Below are positions 9,876-18,117 of a DNA stretch of 64,000 nucleotides, piece by piece. Each line of letters begins with the position of its first letter. Positions within the stretch are counted from its first letter, which is position 1. The notes beneath the pieces were generated by a model that had not been told where the DNA came from, did not search any database, and worked only from the letters and a program-made list of their open reading frames with translations. This stretch comes from Candidatus Omnitrophota bacterium (GTDB lineage Bacteria; Omnitrophota; Gorgyraeia; JAHJTE01): contig JBFMEB010000003.1 of NCBI GenBank assembly GCA_040753675.1, positions 1,715-65,714 of the forward strand. The letters are read 5' to 3'. Position numbers and translations under genes: made by a program.

Positions 9876-10730
9876 CTACCACTCTATAACACTTAAGTCA
9901 AATACAGGCCCATCTTTACAAACCCGTTTATATCCTGCTTTGGTAAGCACAGCACAACCAAAGCAAGCACCTGTGCCACAAGCCATATATTCTTCTAATA
10001 AGCCAAAGCAACTAATCTTATTTTTTTTGGATATTTCTGCTACTCTCTTTAGCATGGGTTTGGGGCCGCAAGCGTAAATAGTTTGTAGTTTGTCCCTCGA
10101 CTTCGCTCGGGATCCTGAGCTTGTCGAAGGATAGTTTGTAGTTTGTAGTTTGTTTAGTAGTAAATCGGCAACTGTACCTTTGAATCCTTTTGAGCCGTCG
10201 TCTGTAGCTACTTTTACCTCATAGCCAAAATCTTTAAACTCTTCTTCGCATAGAATATGGCGTTTTGTCTTAGTGCCTATTAAAACAATTTGGCTTTGGG
10301 CTGTGCCTGCCGGCCGGCAAGGCAGTGGCTTTGGGTTATGGACTAACTTCTTTGCTAAAAATAAAAGCGGTGCCACACCTATCCCACCAGCAACGAGTAT
10401 CGAGCATCTAGCATCAAGTATTGAGTGCTCAAATCCATTCCCTAACGGTCCTAAGACATCAACATACTGTCCCTTTTGCTTCTCTGATAAAATTTTTGTC
10501 CCTTCTCCGACAACTTTGTATAAAATCTCTATAGATTTTTTATTATCACTTACATTATGAATTCCCAGGGGTTTTCTCAATAACGGCTTATAAATATAAT
10601 TAATTTTAATATTCAAAAATTGGCCTGGTAAGGCTACTTTCGCAATCTCTGGTGCATCAATCTGCATTTTATAGAAATTATCTATGATTTTGTTATTTGC
10701 AATTATTTTTGCCATTAAAACCATATTCAT
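9876..10730 (-). CDS. pyrK: dihydroorotate dehydrogenase electron transfer subunit (carries an in-frame repeat insertion)
   Basis: 284 aa with an FAD/NAD-binding ferredoxin-reductase fold and the C-terminal 2Fe-2S motif CGTGACFGCAV. It carries an inserted segment TNYPSTSSGSRAKSRDKLQT flanked by a duplicated KLQT. Confidence 0.8.
   Translation of the reverse strand: MNMVLMAKIIANNKIIDNFYKMQIDAPEIAKVALPGQFLNIKINYIYKPLLRKPLGIHNVSDNKKSIEILYKVVGEGTKILSEKQKGQYVDVLGPLGNGFEHSILDARCSILVAGGIGVAPLLFLAKKLVHNPKPLPCRPAGTAQSQIVLIGTKTKRHILCEEEFKDFGYEVKVATDDGSKGFKGTVADLLLNKLQTTNYPSTSSGSRAKSRDKLQTIYACGPKPMLKRVAEISKKNKISCFGLLEEYMACGTGACFGCAVLTKAGYKRVCKDGPVFDLSVIEW
10081..10160. repeat. palindromic mini-insertion with flanking direct repeats inside pyrK
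   Basis: gtttgtagtttgt direct repeats flank a GC-rich imperfect palindrome centred on ggatcc. Heptad tagtttg repeats follow. Confidence 0.6.
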
Positions 10731-10740
10731 ATCTTATTTC

Positions 10741-11385
10741 TTATTTAAAAATCTCCCCTGTCTCCGTGCTCCAAAAAAGCAAATCTAGATGGCTAGGGGG
10801 GATCTTTACCTTTTGACAGAATTTCTTTAACTTGTGTTCTGTCTCTAAATATAATCTTTTTGTTAAAGTCTTTGGCAATTCTTTGATAACCCCAAACTTT
10901 TTTAAATTCCTTAAGATATGAATATCTAATATTGCCAAATTATCCCCAAGCCCAATGTTTCTTAAAAAATGGCTTGCTTCCTTATAGCCAATGCCTTTTA
11001 TATTTCCTACCAGCCATTCTCTCGTAGATAAAATATCTTTATTAACCAACCTATTCTTCATGCAAAGTCTGCCATTATTTTTAAAAAAATTTCGGCATTC
11101 TACTAAGTATCTGGATTTATTTTTATAAAATCTTGCCTTTTTTAGAAAAGGCCTGATTTTTTTAACATTACCTTTAAAAAGTAACCTGTTCTTCTTTAGA
11201 TTATTTATTATAGAGTCGCAAACTTTTGCCTTGGATTGCGGGGTGAGTATGCAGAAACATAATTCAGAGAAAATTTCTTCGTCGCTTTTGGCCCAAACCT
11301 TTTTAAAATCATCCAAGCGCTTTAGGATTTCTTGCCTTTTGGCTTTATATATCTTTTTTAATTGATTTATTTGTTTTTGTTGCAT
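10741..11385 (-). CDS. Ogg2/archaeal-type 8-oxoguanine DNA glycosylase (HhH-GPD)
   Basis: 214 aa with a helix-hairpin-helix GIGYKEASHFLRNIG motif followed by the catalytic Asp region. Size and motif fit the Ogg2/TM1821 family. Confidence 0.6.
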   Translation of the reverse strand: MQQKQINQLKKIYKAKRQEILKRLDDFKKVWAKSDEEIFSELCFCILTPQSKAKVCDSIINNLKKNRLLFKGNVKKIRPFLKKARFYKNKSRYLVECRNFFKNNGRLCMKNRLVNKDILSTREWLVGNIKGIGYKEASHFLRNIGLGDNLAILDIHILRNLKKFGVIKELPKTLTKRLYLETEHKLKKFCQKVKIPPSHLDLLFWSTETGEIFK

Positions 11386-11392
11386 TTATAAT

Positions 11393-11821
11393 CTATTGTT
11401 CTTTTTCTTTTGTAATTCGCGCGCCGATAAGTGCTCCCAAAAATCCACTCATCAACACTACAATCGCAAAATAATATTGTAACTCTTTAATTAAAGGCAA
11501 CCTCCATAACCGCAAGAATAAGAACTCGAGACCTATGCCAAGTTCATAACCAACTAAAGCTCCAATGCTTAGGAAGAGAAGTGGAATCTTTGTTTTTATA
11601 AGCATCTTAGCTAATCTTGCGCCAAGATAAGACCCAAATATTGCTGCAATTGGAATAATAATAAATACTTCAAAGCCAGCTGGTATTTTGAGAATTGAAA
11701 GGTTTGTTATAACGCTAATCCGCTTAAATAGATAATAAATTATAGTGGTTAAAATAACAAATCCCATCGGTGCAGAAAGAGCAAGCAAAACTTGCTTGTC
11801 AACTTTATTCATTATTTTCAT
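11393..11821 (-). CDS. membrane protein
   Basis: 142 aa with four hydrophobic helices. Confidence 0.4.
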   Translation of the reverse strand: MKIMNKVDKQVLLALSAPMGFVILTTIIYYLFKRISVITNLSILKIPAGFEVFIIIPIAAIFGSYLGARLAKMLIKTKIPLLFLSIGALVGYELGIGLEFLFLRLWRLPLIKELQYYFAIVVLMSGFLGALIGARITKEKEQ

Positions 11822-11834
11822 TTTTTCACCTCGC

Positions 11835-12233
11835 TTATGAATTGGTTATTGTTTTAATCCAAATCTGCCTCGAACGCGGACCGTCAAACTCGCAAAAATA
11901 TATGCCCTGCCATGTGCCTAACAGCAACTTGCCATCTTCAACAAAAATATTTAATGACTGGCCAACCAGAGAAGACTTTACATGGCTATCTGCGTTGCCC
12001 TCTGTATGCGAATAACTAGCCTCTTCTGGCACGATTTTCTCTAAACTATTAATGATATCACGCCTGACAGAGGGATCTGCATTTTCATTTATACTTAAAC
12101 CTGCTGTGGTGTGCGGGCAAAATACAATGCAAAGGCCATTCTTTACTTTATTTTTCTGCACAATTTCCTGGATTCTCTCAGTAATATCTACTAACTCATT
12201 GCGCTTAGTGGTTTTTAAAGTTAATTGGTCCAT
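11835..12233 (-). CDS. YjbQ/UPF0047 family secondary thiamine-phosphate synthase-like protein
   Basis: 132 aa with the CPHTTAGL motif of the YjbQ family. Confidence 0.7.
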   Translation of the reverse strand: MDQLTLKTTKRNELVDITERIQEIVQKNKVKNGLCIVFCPHTTAGLSINENADPSVRRDIINSLEKIVPEEASYSHTEGNADSHVKSSLVGQSLNIFVEDGKLLLGTWQGIYFCEFDGPRSRQIWIKTITNS

Positions 12234-12363
12234 ATTTAATGAGAATTCGAGAAGGTTAAATGACTAATTCCTAAATCCGAATGCCTAATTAATTTTTTAA
12301 TTCTTTAATGTCTAATTTAAAATTAGTCATTGGGAAATTTAAGAATTTATTCGACATTAGACA

Positions 12364-12852
12364 TTAGGAATTAGAAATTTTTAAAAGTCTTATAACTTGT
12401 TTTATTGCCTCATCAACTGTTTGCGCCCTAATAACTCCCGGCACATCCCAAGATCCCAGGCTTATAACCGGTATGCCAAATTGCAGACAGTATGCTATCT
12501 CTGAAAGCGTACCCGCTTCACCTGGAAGAGCTATAACCACATCAGCGCTCTTTACCACCAGTACGTTTCTAGCCAAGCCTAACCCAGTTGGAATTACAAT
12601 ATCCACATATTTATTAGCATATTTTTTGTTGTAACTTGTTATAATTCCTATTGTTATGCCATTTCCATACTTAAAACCTTTACAAACTGATTCCATTACT
12701 CCACTTAAACCGCCACAAACAATAAAATCAACCACTTTAGCCAATTTTTTACCTAAATTTATGGCAATTTGCTCCACTTCTTTAGTACAGCTATGACCGC
12801 CTATAACTCCTACAATCTTCTTTCTCATCTCAAAAATAGTAGCGAGTAGCAA
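12364..12852 (-). CDS. TIGR00725/LOG-like Rossmann-fold nucleotide-binding protein
   Basis: GGxxGVMES and PGGxGTLSE motifs of the LOG/lysine-decarboxylase-like family. The true start is probably the internal Met at about 12828, because the first codons overlap a palindromic repeat element. Confidence 0.6.
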   Translation of the reverse strand: MLLATIFEMRKKIVGVIGGHSCTKEVEQIAINLGKKLAKVVDFIVCGGLSGVMESVCKGFKYGNGITIGIITSYNKKYANKYVDIVIPTGLGLARNVLVVKSADVVIALPGEAGTLSEIAYCLQFGIPVISLGSWDVPGVIRAQTVDEAIKQVIRLLKISNS

Positions 12853-12910
12853 GTAGAGAGTAGAGAGATTTTTTCTCGCTACTCGTTGCTCGCTACTCTC
12901 TACTTAACAT
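12836..12910. repeat. GTAGCGAG-type palindromic repeat element, copy A
   Basis: Hairpin-forming arms (agtagcgagtagcaagtagagag / ctcgctactcgttgctcgctactctctact). A near-identical copy in inverted orientation lies at 34343..34422. Confidence 0.7.
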
Positions 12911-12932
12911 GCTAATTAACTATATCTTTATT

Positions 12933-13020
12933 GCCCCTGACAGGAATCGAACTCGCTCACTGCGTTCGCTCTCAATAGGGGCTCTGCCCCTCTTGTGGTC
13001 AGCCGACTATACGTCGGCTT
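12933..13020 (-). other. tRNA-like remnant: duplicated 3' half (T-arm plus acceptor) of the adjacent tRNA-Arg
   Basis: The 21 nt tgcccctgacaggaatcgaac is identical to the 3' end of tRNA-Arg at 13092. The remaining sequence does not fold into a canonical cloverleaf. Confidence 0.35.
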
Positions 13021-13091
13021 CCCGGTCACCCCGAAAACGTGGGGAAAATTCTTTCCCCACACCCCTTTGGTTCGATTCCTAAATATGATTA

Positions 13092-13163
13092 TGCCCCTGA
13101 CAGGAATCGAACCTGTACAGCTAGCTCCGGAGGCTAGTGCCCTATCCGTTGGGCTACAGGGGC
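13092..13163 (-). tRNA. tRNA-Arg(CCG)
   Basis: Manual cloverleaf fold: acceptor GCCCCTG/CAGGGGC, anticodon loop CUCCGGA, T-loop TTCGATT. Confidence 0.8.
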
Positions 13164-13181
13164 GCTGATTCTTCAAGTATT

Positions 13182-13802
13182 TTATTTCTCCAACCCTCTT
13201 ATCCAATCAAAATATTTATTAAATGAAGCGTTTATGCCTAAAATGAGTCCAGACCACATAAATACTTTAAATATTATTATATTTCTTAAGCGGAATATGG
13301 CGTCGGGTAATTCAACTTTCTGTATCATATCCAAAAATACTAATATAATTATAAAAAATAACCATGCCAATATTGAAAGTGCTATGAATAAGAGAATAGG
13401 TTTAATATTTCTGATATCCTTAAGCCTATCTTTTGGTTTTTCGCTATAATAATCTTTGTTTGAGAATTGTTTAAGCGATTGCTTAGAGTAATATTTCATA
13501 ACAATTTCACCTACTAAAAAATAAATTAAAAAACCAATTAAAGCTGGATAGAAAATAATCATTTGAACAATTAGGGGAAATTTTAATCTATTTAAGATTA
13601 TAAATGTTATAGAAATGGCTGCTAAAACAATTATTATGCTAAAAATATCCGTTATTTTAGCAATGCTTAACATTGTATCTTTTTTATAAAACCTTTTTAG
13701 CTCTGTTTGCCGTCGAGCTTCATTGATTGTATTTAAACAAGTTGCGCAGGCATACAGATTATTATCTGATACATTTCCGCAACCTAAACATCTTTTAGTC
13801 AT
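13182..13802 (-). CDS. zinc-ribbon membrane protein, hypothetical
   Basis: 206 aa. An N-terminal CxxC...CxxC motif is followed by several transmembrane helices. Confidence 0.4.
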   Translation of the reverse strand: MTKRCLGCGNVSDNNLYACATCLNTINEARRQTELKRFYKKDTMLSIAKITDIFSIIIVLAAISITFIILNRLKFPLIVQMIIFYPALIGFLIYFLVGEIVMKYYSKQSLKQFSNKDYYSEKPKDRLKDIRNIKPILLFIALSILAWLFFIIILVFLDMIQKVELPDAIFRLRNIIIFKVFMWSGLILGINASFNKYFDWIRGLEK

Positions 13803-13834
13803 AACACCTTTCCTTATCTGTGATCATCTGTGGC

Positions 13835-16348
13835 CTAGAAGAGGCTCAACTGCTCTTCTTGTTTTTTATCTTCGTTTTCGTCAAATATCTTAATAGTGCC
13901 ATACTCTCCGTCGTAGCCAGCTAATATTTTAACTCTTCCCTCGCGCACTCTTAAGATTCCTTCAGCTATGCGTGGGTTAAGAGATTTCTTTAACTCTTCT
14001 TTTGGCACATTAACTAATACCTCAAACTCAGTTTTGAATTTACTTATAATAGAAAAATATTCTTTTTCAACTGTCTGACTAACTTTTCCTACGCCTTTTG
14101 CCTCGGCAATTATTTCATCTAATGGTATTAAATTCTTGAAGGCAATTGCATTTTCTGGATTAAAGCCTTCAGGCCTATCTGCCAATTGTCCTACTCTATT
14201 CATAACCCCTATAGTTACTGGCTTGCCACATTTAGGGCATTTGCCATTATGCTGCTTAGTCTCTTTCGGTGAAAGTCTAATCTGGCAAAGGCGGTGACCG
14301 TCATAATGATATTTTCCCTCTTCGGGGAAAAATTCTATTGTGTAGAGAAATCTCTTTTTATCTTTTGTTTTTAAAACTTCACTGATGGTGTGATAGTCTA
14401 ACTCGCAGTCAAAAACATTTGCTTCCCGGCCAATTCTCGACGGAGAGTGACTATCTGAATTGCTGATCAGGGTAAATCTATCTAAGGCGCTCAGGCGCCA
14501 GTTCATAGATGGATCAGACGATAAACCGCTCTCAAGAGCAAATATTTTTGAAGTTTGTTCTTCAAAGCAGTATTCAATTTTATCAAAACCAGACATTGAA
14601 CCAAAAAGACTAAACCAAGGGGTCCAGCAATTATGAACAGTAGCGAATTCACATACATAAGAATTATCGTCTTCCACTTCTAAATTATAAACAGCTCCTT
14701 TATACTTTTCTTTGAGAATACTTCTAATCGGAAGATATGCATATTTATCATCTATCCAACCATGTCTCGATGGTGATTTTGTTCGAAATTTTCTAAGATT
14801 GCTTTCTTTTAATAAACCAAACTTGTCCTCAAAGAAAGATAGATTGTTGAAATGAAATATATTATGCCGAGCTGATATTCTCCTTAATCCTATAAAATGT
14901 TTACCACGATTTTCATATCCATCTGTAGAATCTATGCCGATGGAAGGAATTATGCCCAATCTTAAGAATATTGCTTTCATTTGATTCATCAAAGTTCGAG
15001 AAACAGTATATCCTCCATCTCCGCGCCACCAACCCTTTACAATCTCTACTTGTTTTTCAAGAGATAATTCTAACATCCATTCTGGCAAACACTTAGTATG
15101 AGCTTTCTTTATTTTTGTATTTATATAGAATAGCCTGCCGAACAATTTACATAAAACCTTGGAATAGAAAATTAACTCTGCTCCTTTCGTATCTTTTTTA
15201 ATGCGCATCTTTGATAAATCGGCATCAAAGATTTTTTTCATTAAATTTATTACATCTTTAATATATCCCTTTTCATTGCTGGAAAAACAAAATGAAACAC
15301 AATCTCTGTTATTTGTATACCCTTCAGAAACAAAATATCCTACTAATCTACAAAAATCCTTATTAATATCAATATCATTATTGATAAAATTCACTTTTGA
15401 GCCTCTATATGCGATTTTATTTCTTTTTAAAATTAATTTTTCTGGCAATAGTTTATTTATTTGCAAACTAACCCTCTCTTTAATTTGATTATTAAACCTG
15501 GGGAAAATTAAAATATCATTGATTTCGAGGTCTTTGGCTTGCACCCATTGTGGGCAATATTGGTTAAAAAATCTTCGGCTGCATCCTTTATATTGCAATT
15601 GAGAACATTTTGGCATACAAAAACTACCCCTCGAACGACAATTCTTATATGATTTTATTATATAAAATGGATGTTCTGGAGTAGTTTTTATGCCCTCTCT
15701 AAAATAATAAGGTTTTATATGAAATAATTCTCCCGTGTATTCTCTTCTAAATGATTTATTAACTTCTCTAAATCGCATTTTATGAGTATATACATAATCA
15801 TTCTTTGCGATATCTTGTATCAGTTTCAATCCATTAGAAGTATGCACAAAAGTATCTGGCAGGAGACAATGCGCTGGAACAATCATGCACTGCGGCGAGA
15901 TATCAAATACAATTTTTGCCAAATCCCGTGCATCCAGGCCTAATATCGGCCTGCCGTCTGAGGCAAGATTGCCAATGCCGGAAAGATGTTGGTTTATCTC
16001 ATCTACAATTTTAAACGATGGCGCAATGATAAGGTTATGTATCCGATAAGTCCTGCCTTTTTTAGAATATATACTGCTTACCTCTGCGGTGAGTATAAAA
16101 TAAATGCCCTTTCCTCCAGAATCCGTAGCGGACCCGCCGCTCTTTGTGGCGGGATGTATAAACAGGCCATTGCCTAAATCTTCTAAATTATGCTTTAATT
16201 CTTCAAGCCACAAGTGATGAGTAAAATCACCCGTCCCCATTAGAGTAATGCCCTTTAACTTAGCCCAGTCAGCAATATGTTTTACATCCATATCCTTGCT
16301 GGTAGCGCGAGAGTATTTTGAATGAATGTGGAAGTCGGCGATAAACAT
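13835..16348 (-). CDS. EndoQ-like PHP-domain nuclease (TIGR00375 family) interrupted by an intein
   Basis: The N-terminal PHP domain FIADFHIHSKYSRATS...GTGDFTHH and the C-terminal zinc ribbon CPKCGKP match endonuclease Q-type proteins. A 413 aa intein separates the extein halves. Confidence 0.65.
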   Translation of the reverse strand: MFIADFHIHSKYSRATSKDMDVKHIADWAKLKGITLMGTGDFTHHLWLEELKHNLEDLGNGLFIHPATKSGGSATDSGGKGIYFILTAEVSSIYSKKGRTYRIHNLIIAPSFKIVDEINQHLSGIGNLASDGRPILGLDARDLAKIVFDISPQCMIVPAHCLLPDTFVHTSNGLKLIQDIAKNDYVYTHKMRFREVNKSFRREYTGELFHIKPYYFREGIKTTPEHPFYIIKSYKNCRSRGSFCMPKCSQLQYKGCSRRFFNQYCPQWVQAKDLEINDILIFPRFNNQIKERVSLQINKLLPEKLILKRNKIAYRGSKVNFINNDIDINKDFCRLVGYFVSEGYTNNRDCVSFCFSSNEKGYIKDVINLMKKIFDADLSKMRIKKDTKGAELIFYSKVLCKLFGRLFYINTKIKKAHTKCLPEWMLELSLEKQVEIVKGWWRGDGGYTVSRTLMNQMKAIFLRLGIIPSIGIDSTDGYENRGKHFIGLRRISARHNIFHFNNLSFFEDKFGLLKESNLRKFRTKSPSRHGWIDDKYAYLPIRSILKEKYKGAVYNLEVEDDNSYVCEFATVHNCWTPWFSLFGSMSGFDKIEYCFEEQTSKIFALESGLSSDPSMNWRLSALDRFTLISNSDSHSPSRIGREANVFDCELDYHTISEVLKTKDKKRFLYTIEFFPEEGKYHYDGHRLCQIRLSPKETKQHNGKCPKCGKPVTIGVMNRVGQLADRPEGFNPENAIAFKNLIPLDEIIAEAKGVGKVSQTVEKEYFSIISKFKTEFEVLVNVPKEELKKSLNPRIAEGILRVREGRVKILAGYDGEYGTIKIFDENEDKKQEEQLSLF
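14630..15868 (-). mobile_element. intein with LAGLIDADG homing endonuclease domain inside the EndoQ-like gene
   Basis: Splice junctions are PAH/CLLPDTF at the N-terminal end and TVHN/CWTPW at the C-terminal end. Internal LAGLIDADG-like motifs are LVGYFVSEGY and GWWRGDGGY. The upper coordinate is uncertain by 1-2 nt. Confidence 0.7.
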
Positions 16349-16390
16349 AATTAAATTGTTTAACTGCTAAATGGCTACATTGTTAACAAT

Positions 16391-16849
16391 CTAACAATTT
16401 GACAATTTAGCAATGGTTTCTTTGACGTTCCCCCAATGCGTGCCTTGCCAGTAAATCCGTGCACAATTTGGGCAGGTAACAAACTTGTTATTAGTATTGT
16501 AAACAAATTCTGGCACCTTCAATCTAACCGCCTCTTTTTCTATTGGCCTTAATGCTTCATTACAAATAATGCAGCGGCTAAACATCTTATTCTCTTCGAC
16601 AGGAAAGTTTAACTCCTTGAAAATTTCTCTTAACTGCTCAGCCAAAAAATCACTCTCAATTTTTAAGATTCTTAAACCAGCATGCCTTCCTATCTTCGAG
16701 TTCCTTGTTAAAATAATGCGGTTTTCCCGTAGCGCTGCAATTAATAAACTGCTTAGATTAGTAGAGGTGTAATATTCTGTATCAAATCCAAAAATGCGCA
16801 GCCACTTTGCGAGCCTGCCTAATTCTTTTGTCACGATGAATTTGTGCAC
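16391..16849 (-). CDS. Mut7-C RNase domain (DUF82) protein with C-terminal zinc ribbon
   Basis: 152 aa. LGRLAKWLRIFGFD is a PF01927-like motif, and CIICNEAL...CPNCARIYWQGTHW forms a Zn ribbon. Confidence 0.55.
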   Translation of the reverse strand: MHKFIVTKELGRLAKWLRIFGFDTEYYTSTNLSSLLIAALRENRIILTRNSKIGRHAGLRILKIESDFLAEQLREIFKELNFPVEENKMFSRCIICNEALRPIEKEAVRLKVPEFVYNTNNKFVTCPNCARIYWQGTHWGNVKETIAKLSNC

Positions 16850-18117
16850 TTATAAACAATTTTCCCGGCAAGAATAGTGTATTCAACCATGCCTTTTAAT
16901 TTCTTGCCTAAAAAGCATGAATTTTTGGACTTAGACAAAATGCTGCTTTTATCAACTACCCACTCTTTTTCAGGAGAAACTATAATTATATCTGCATCTT
17001 TGCCTTTACTCAACATGCCTTTATCTATATTTAAAATTTTAGCAGGCTTGACACATAATTTCTTAACAAGTTGTGGCCAGGTTAATAAACCGCGCCCAAC
17101 CAATTCTAAATTACTAACTGCTAATTCAGTTTCTAAGCCGATAGTACCGAACTCTGCGCGATCAAACTCTACCATCTTTTCGTTTTCTGTATGAGGCGCG
17201 TGGTCAGAAGCAATACAATCAATCGTGCCATCCCGCAAGCCCTGCTTAAGCGCATCAACATCATCTTTTGTCCTTAATGGCGGGTTTACCTTCAAATTGG
17301 TATCGTAGCCAGAGAGAGCATCTTGGCTGTAATAAAAATAATGCGGCGCGGTTTCTGCGCTGACTTTAATTCCTTTTTTCTTTGCCTTGGCTATCAATTC
17401 CACAGACTCTTTAGCGCTTACATGAGCAATATGAATTGGGGCATACGCCTTCTCTGCCAAACCAATATCTCTCTCAACTCTTTTATATTCTGCTTCTTTC
17501 GAAACACCTCTTAACCCTAAGCGCGTTGAAATAATACCCAAATTAACCACTCCGTTTTTAGATAACGCCTTATCTTCACAATGGCAAACCACTAAGACTT
17601 TGTTTTTCTTGGCTTCTTTAAGTGCTTTTAAGAATATTTTTTCATCGTCAACAGAATTGCCGTCGTCGGTAATGGCAACCACGCCTTCTTTTCTTACTTT
17701 ATCAATATCAACCAGTTCTCTGCCTAAACGCCCCTTTGTAATTGAACCAGCAATAAACACATTAGCGACAGCAGATCTTTTAATAATATCTTTTAACAGC
17801 TTAACGCTACCTACGCAATCCATGGCAGGCTGGGTATTCGGCATAGCAAGAACAGTTGTAACCCCTCCTTTTAGAGCTGCTTTTGTTCCAGTACAAATCG
17901 TCTCTTTGTCTTCTCTGCCAGGCTCGCGTAAGTGTACATGCATATCTACAATGCCTGGCATAACAATCTTTCCAGTAGCGTCGATTATCTTTTCTACCTT
18001 TTCATTGATATCCTTGGCAACCTTGGATATCTTAAGGCCATCAACTAATACATCTCGAATTTCATCGATATTATTAGCCGGATCAACTACACGGCCATTT
18101 TTTATTAACAATTTCAT
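16831..18117 (-). CDS. pyrC: dihydroorotase
   Basis: 428 aa with the DMHVHLREPG metal-binding motif and conserved Asp near the C-terminus. Confidence 0.9.
   Translation of the reverse strand: MKLLIKNGRVVDPANNIDEIRDVLVDGLKISKVAKDINEKVEKIIDATGKIVMPGIVDMHVHLREPGREDKETICTGTKAALKGGVTTVLAMPNTQPAMDCVGSVKLLKDIIKRSAVANVFIAGSITKGRLGRELVDIDKVRKEGVVAITDDGNSVDDEKIFLKALKEAKKNKVLVVCHCEDKALSKNGVVNLGIISTRLGLRGVSKEAEYKRVERDIGLAEKAYAPIHIAHVSAKESVELIAKAKKKGIKVSAETAPHYFYYSQDALSGYDTNLKVNPPLRTKDDVDALKQGLRDGTIDCIASDHAPHTENEKMVEFDRAEFGTIGLETELAVSNLELVGRGLLTWPQLVKKLCVKPAKILNIDKGMLSKGKDADIIIVSPEKEWVVDKSSILSKSKNSCFLGKKLKGMVEYTILAGKIVYKCTNSS

Noticed and set aside
12928-13206. 92 aa minus-strand ORF
   Set aside because: It is read straight through the tRNA-Arg gene and the tRNA-like remnant, so it is an artefact of the ORF caller.
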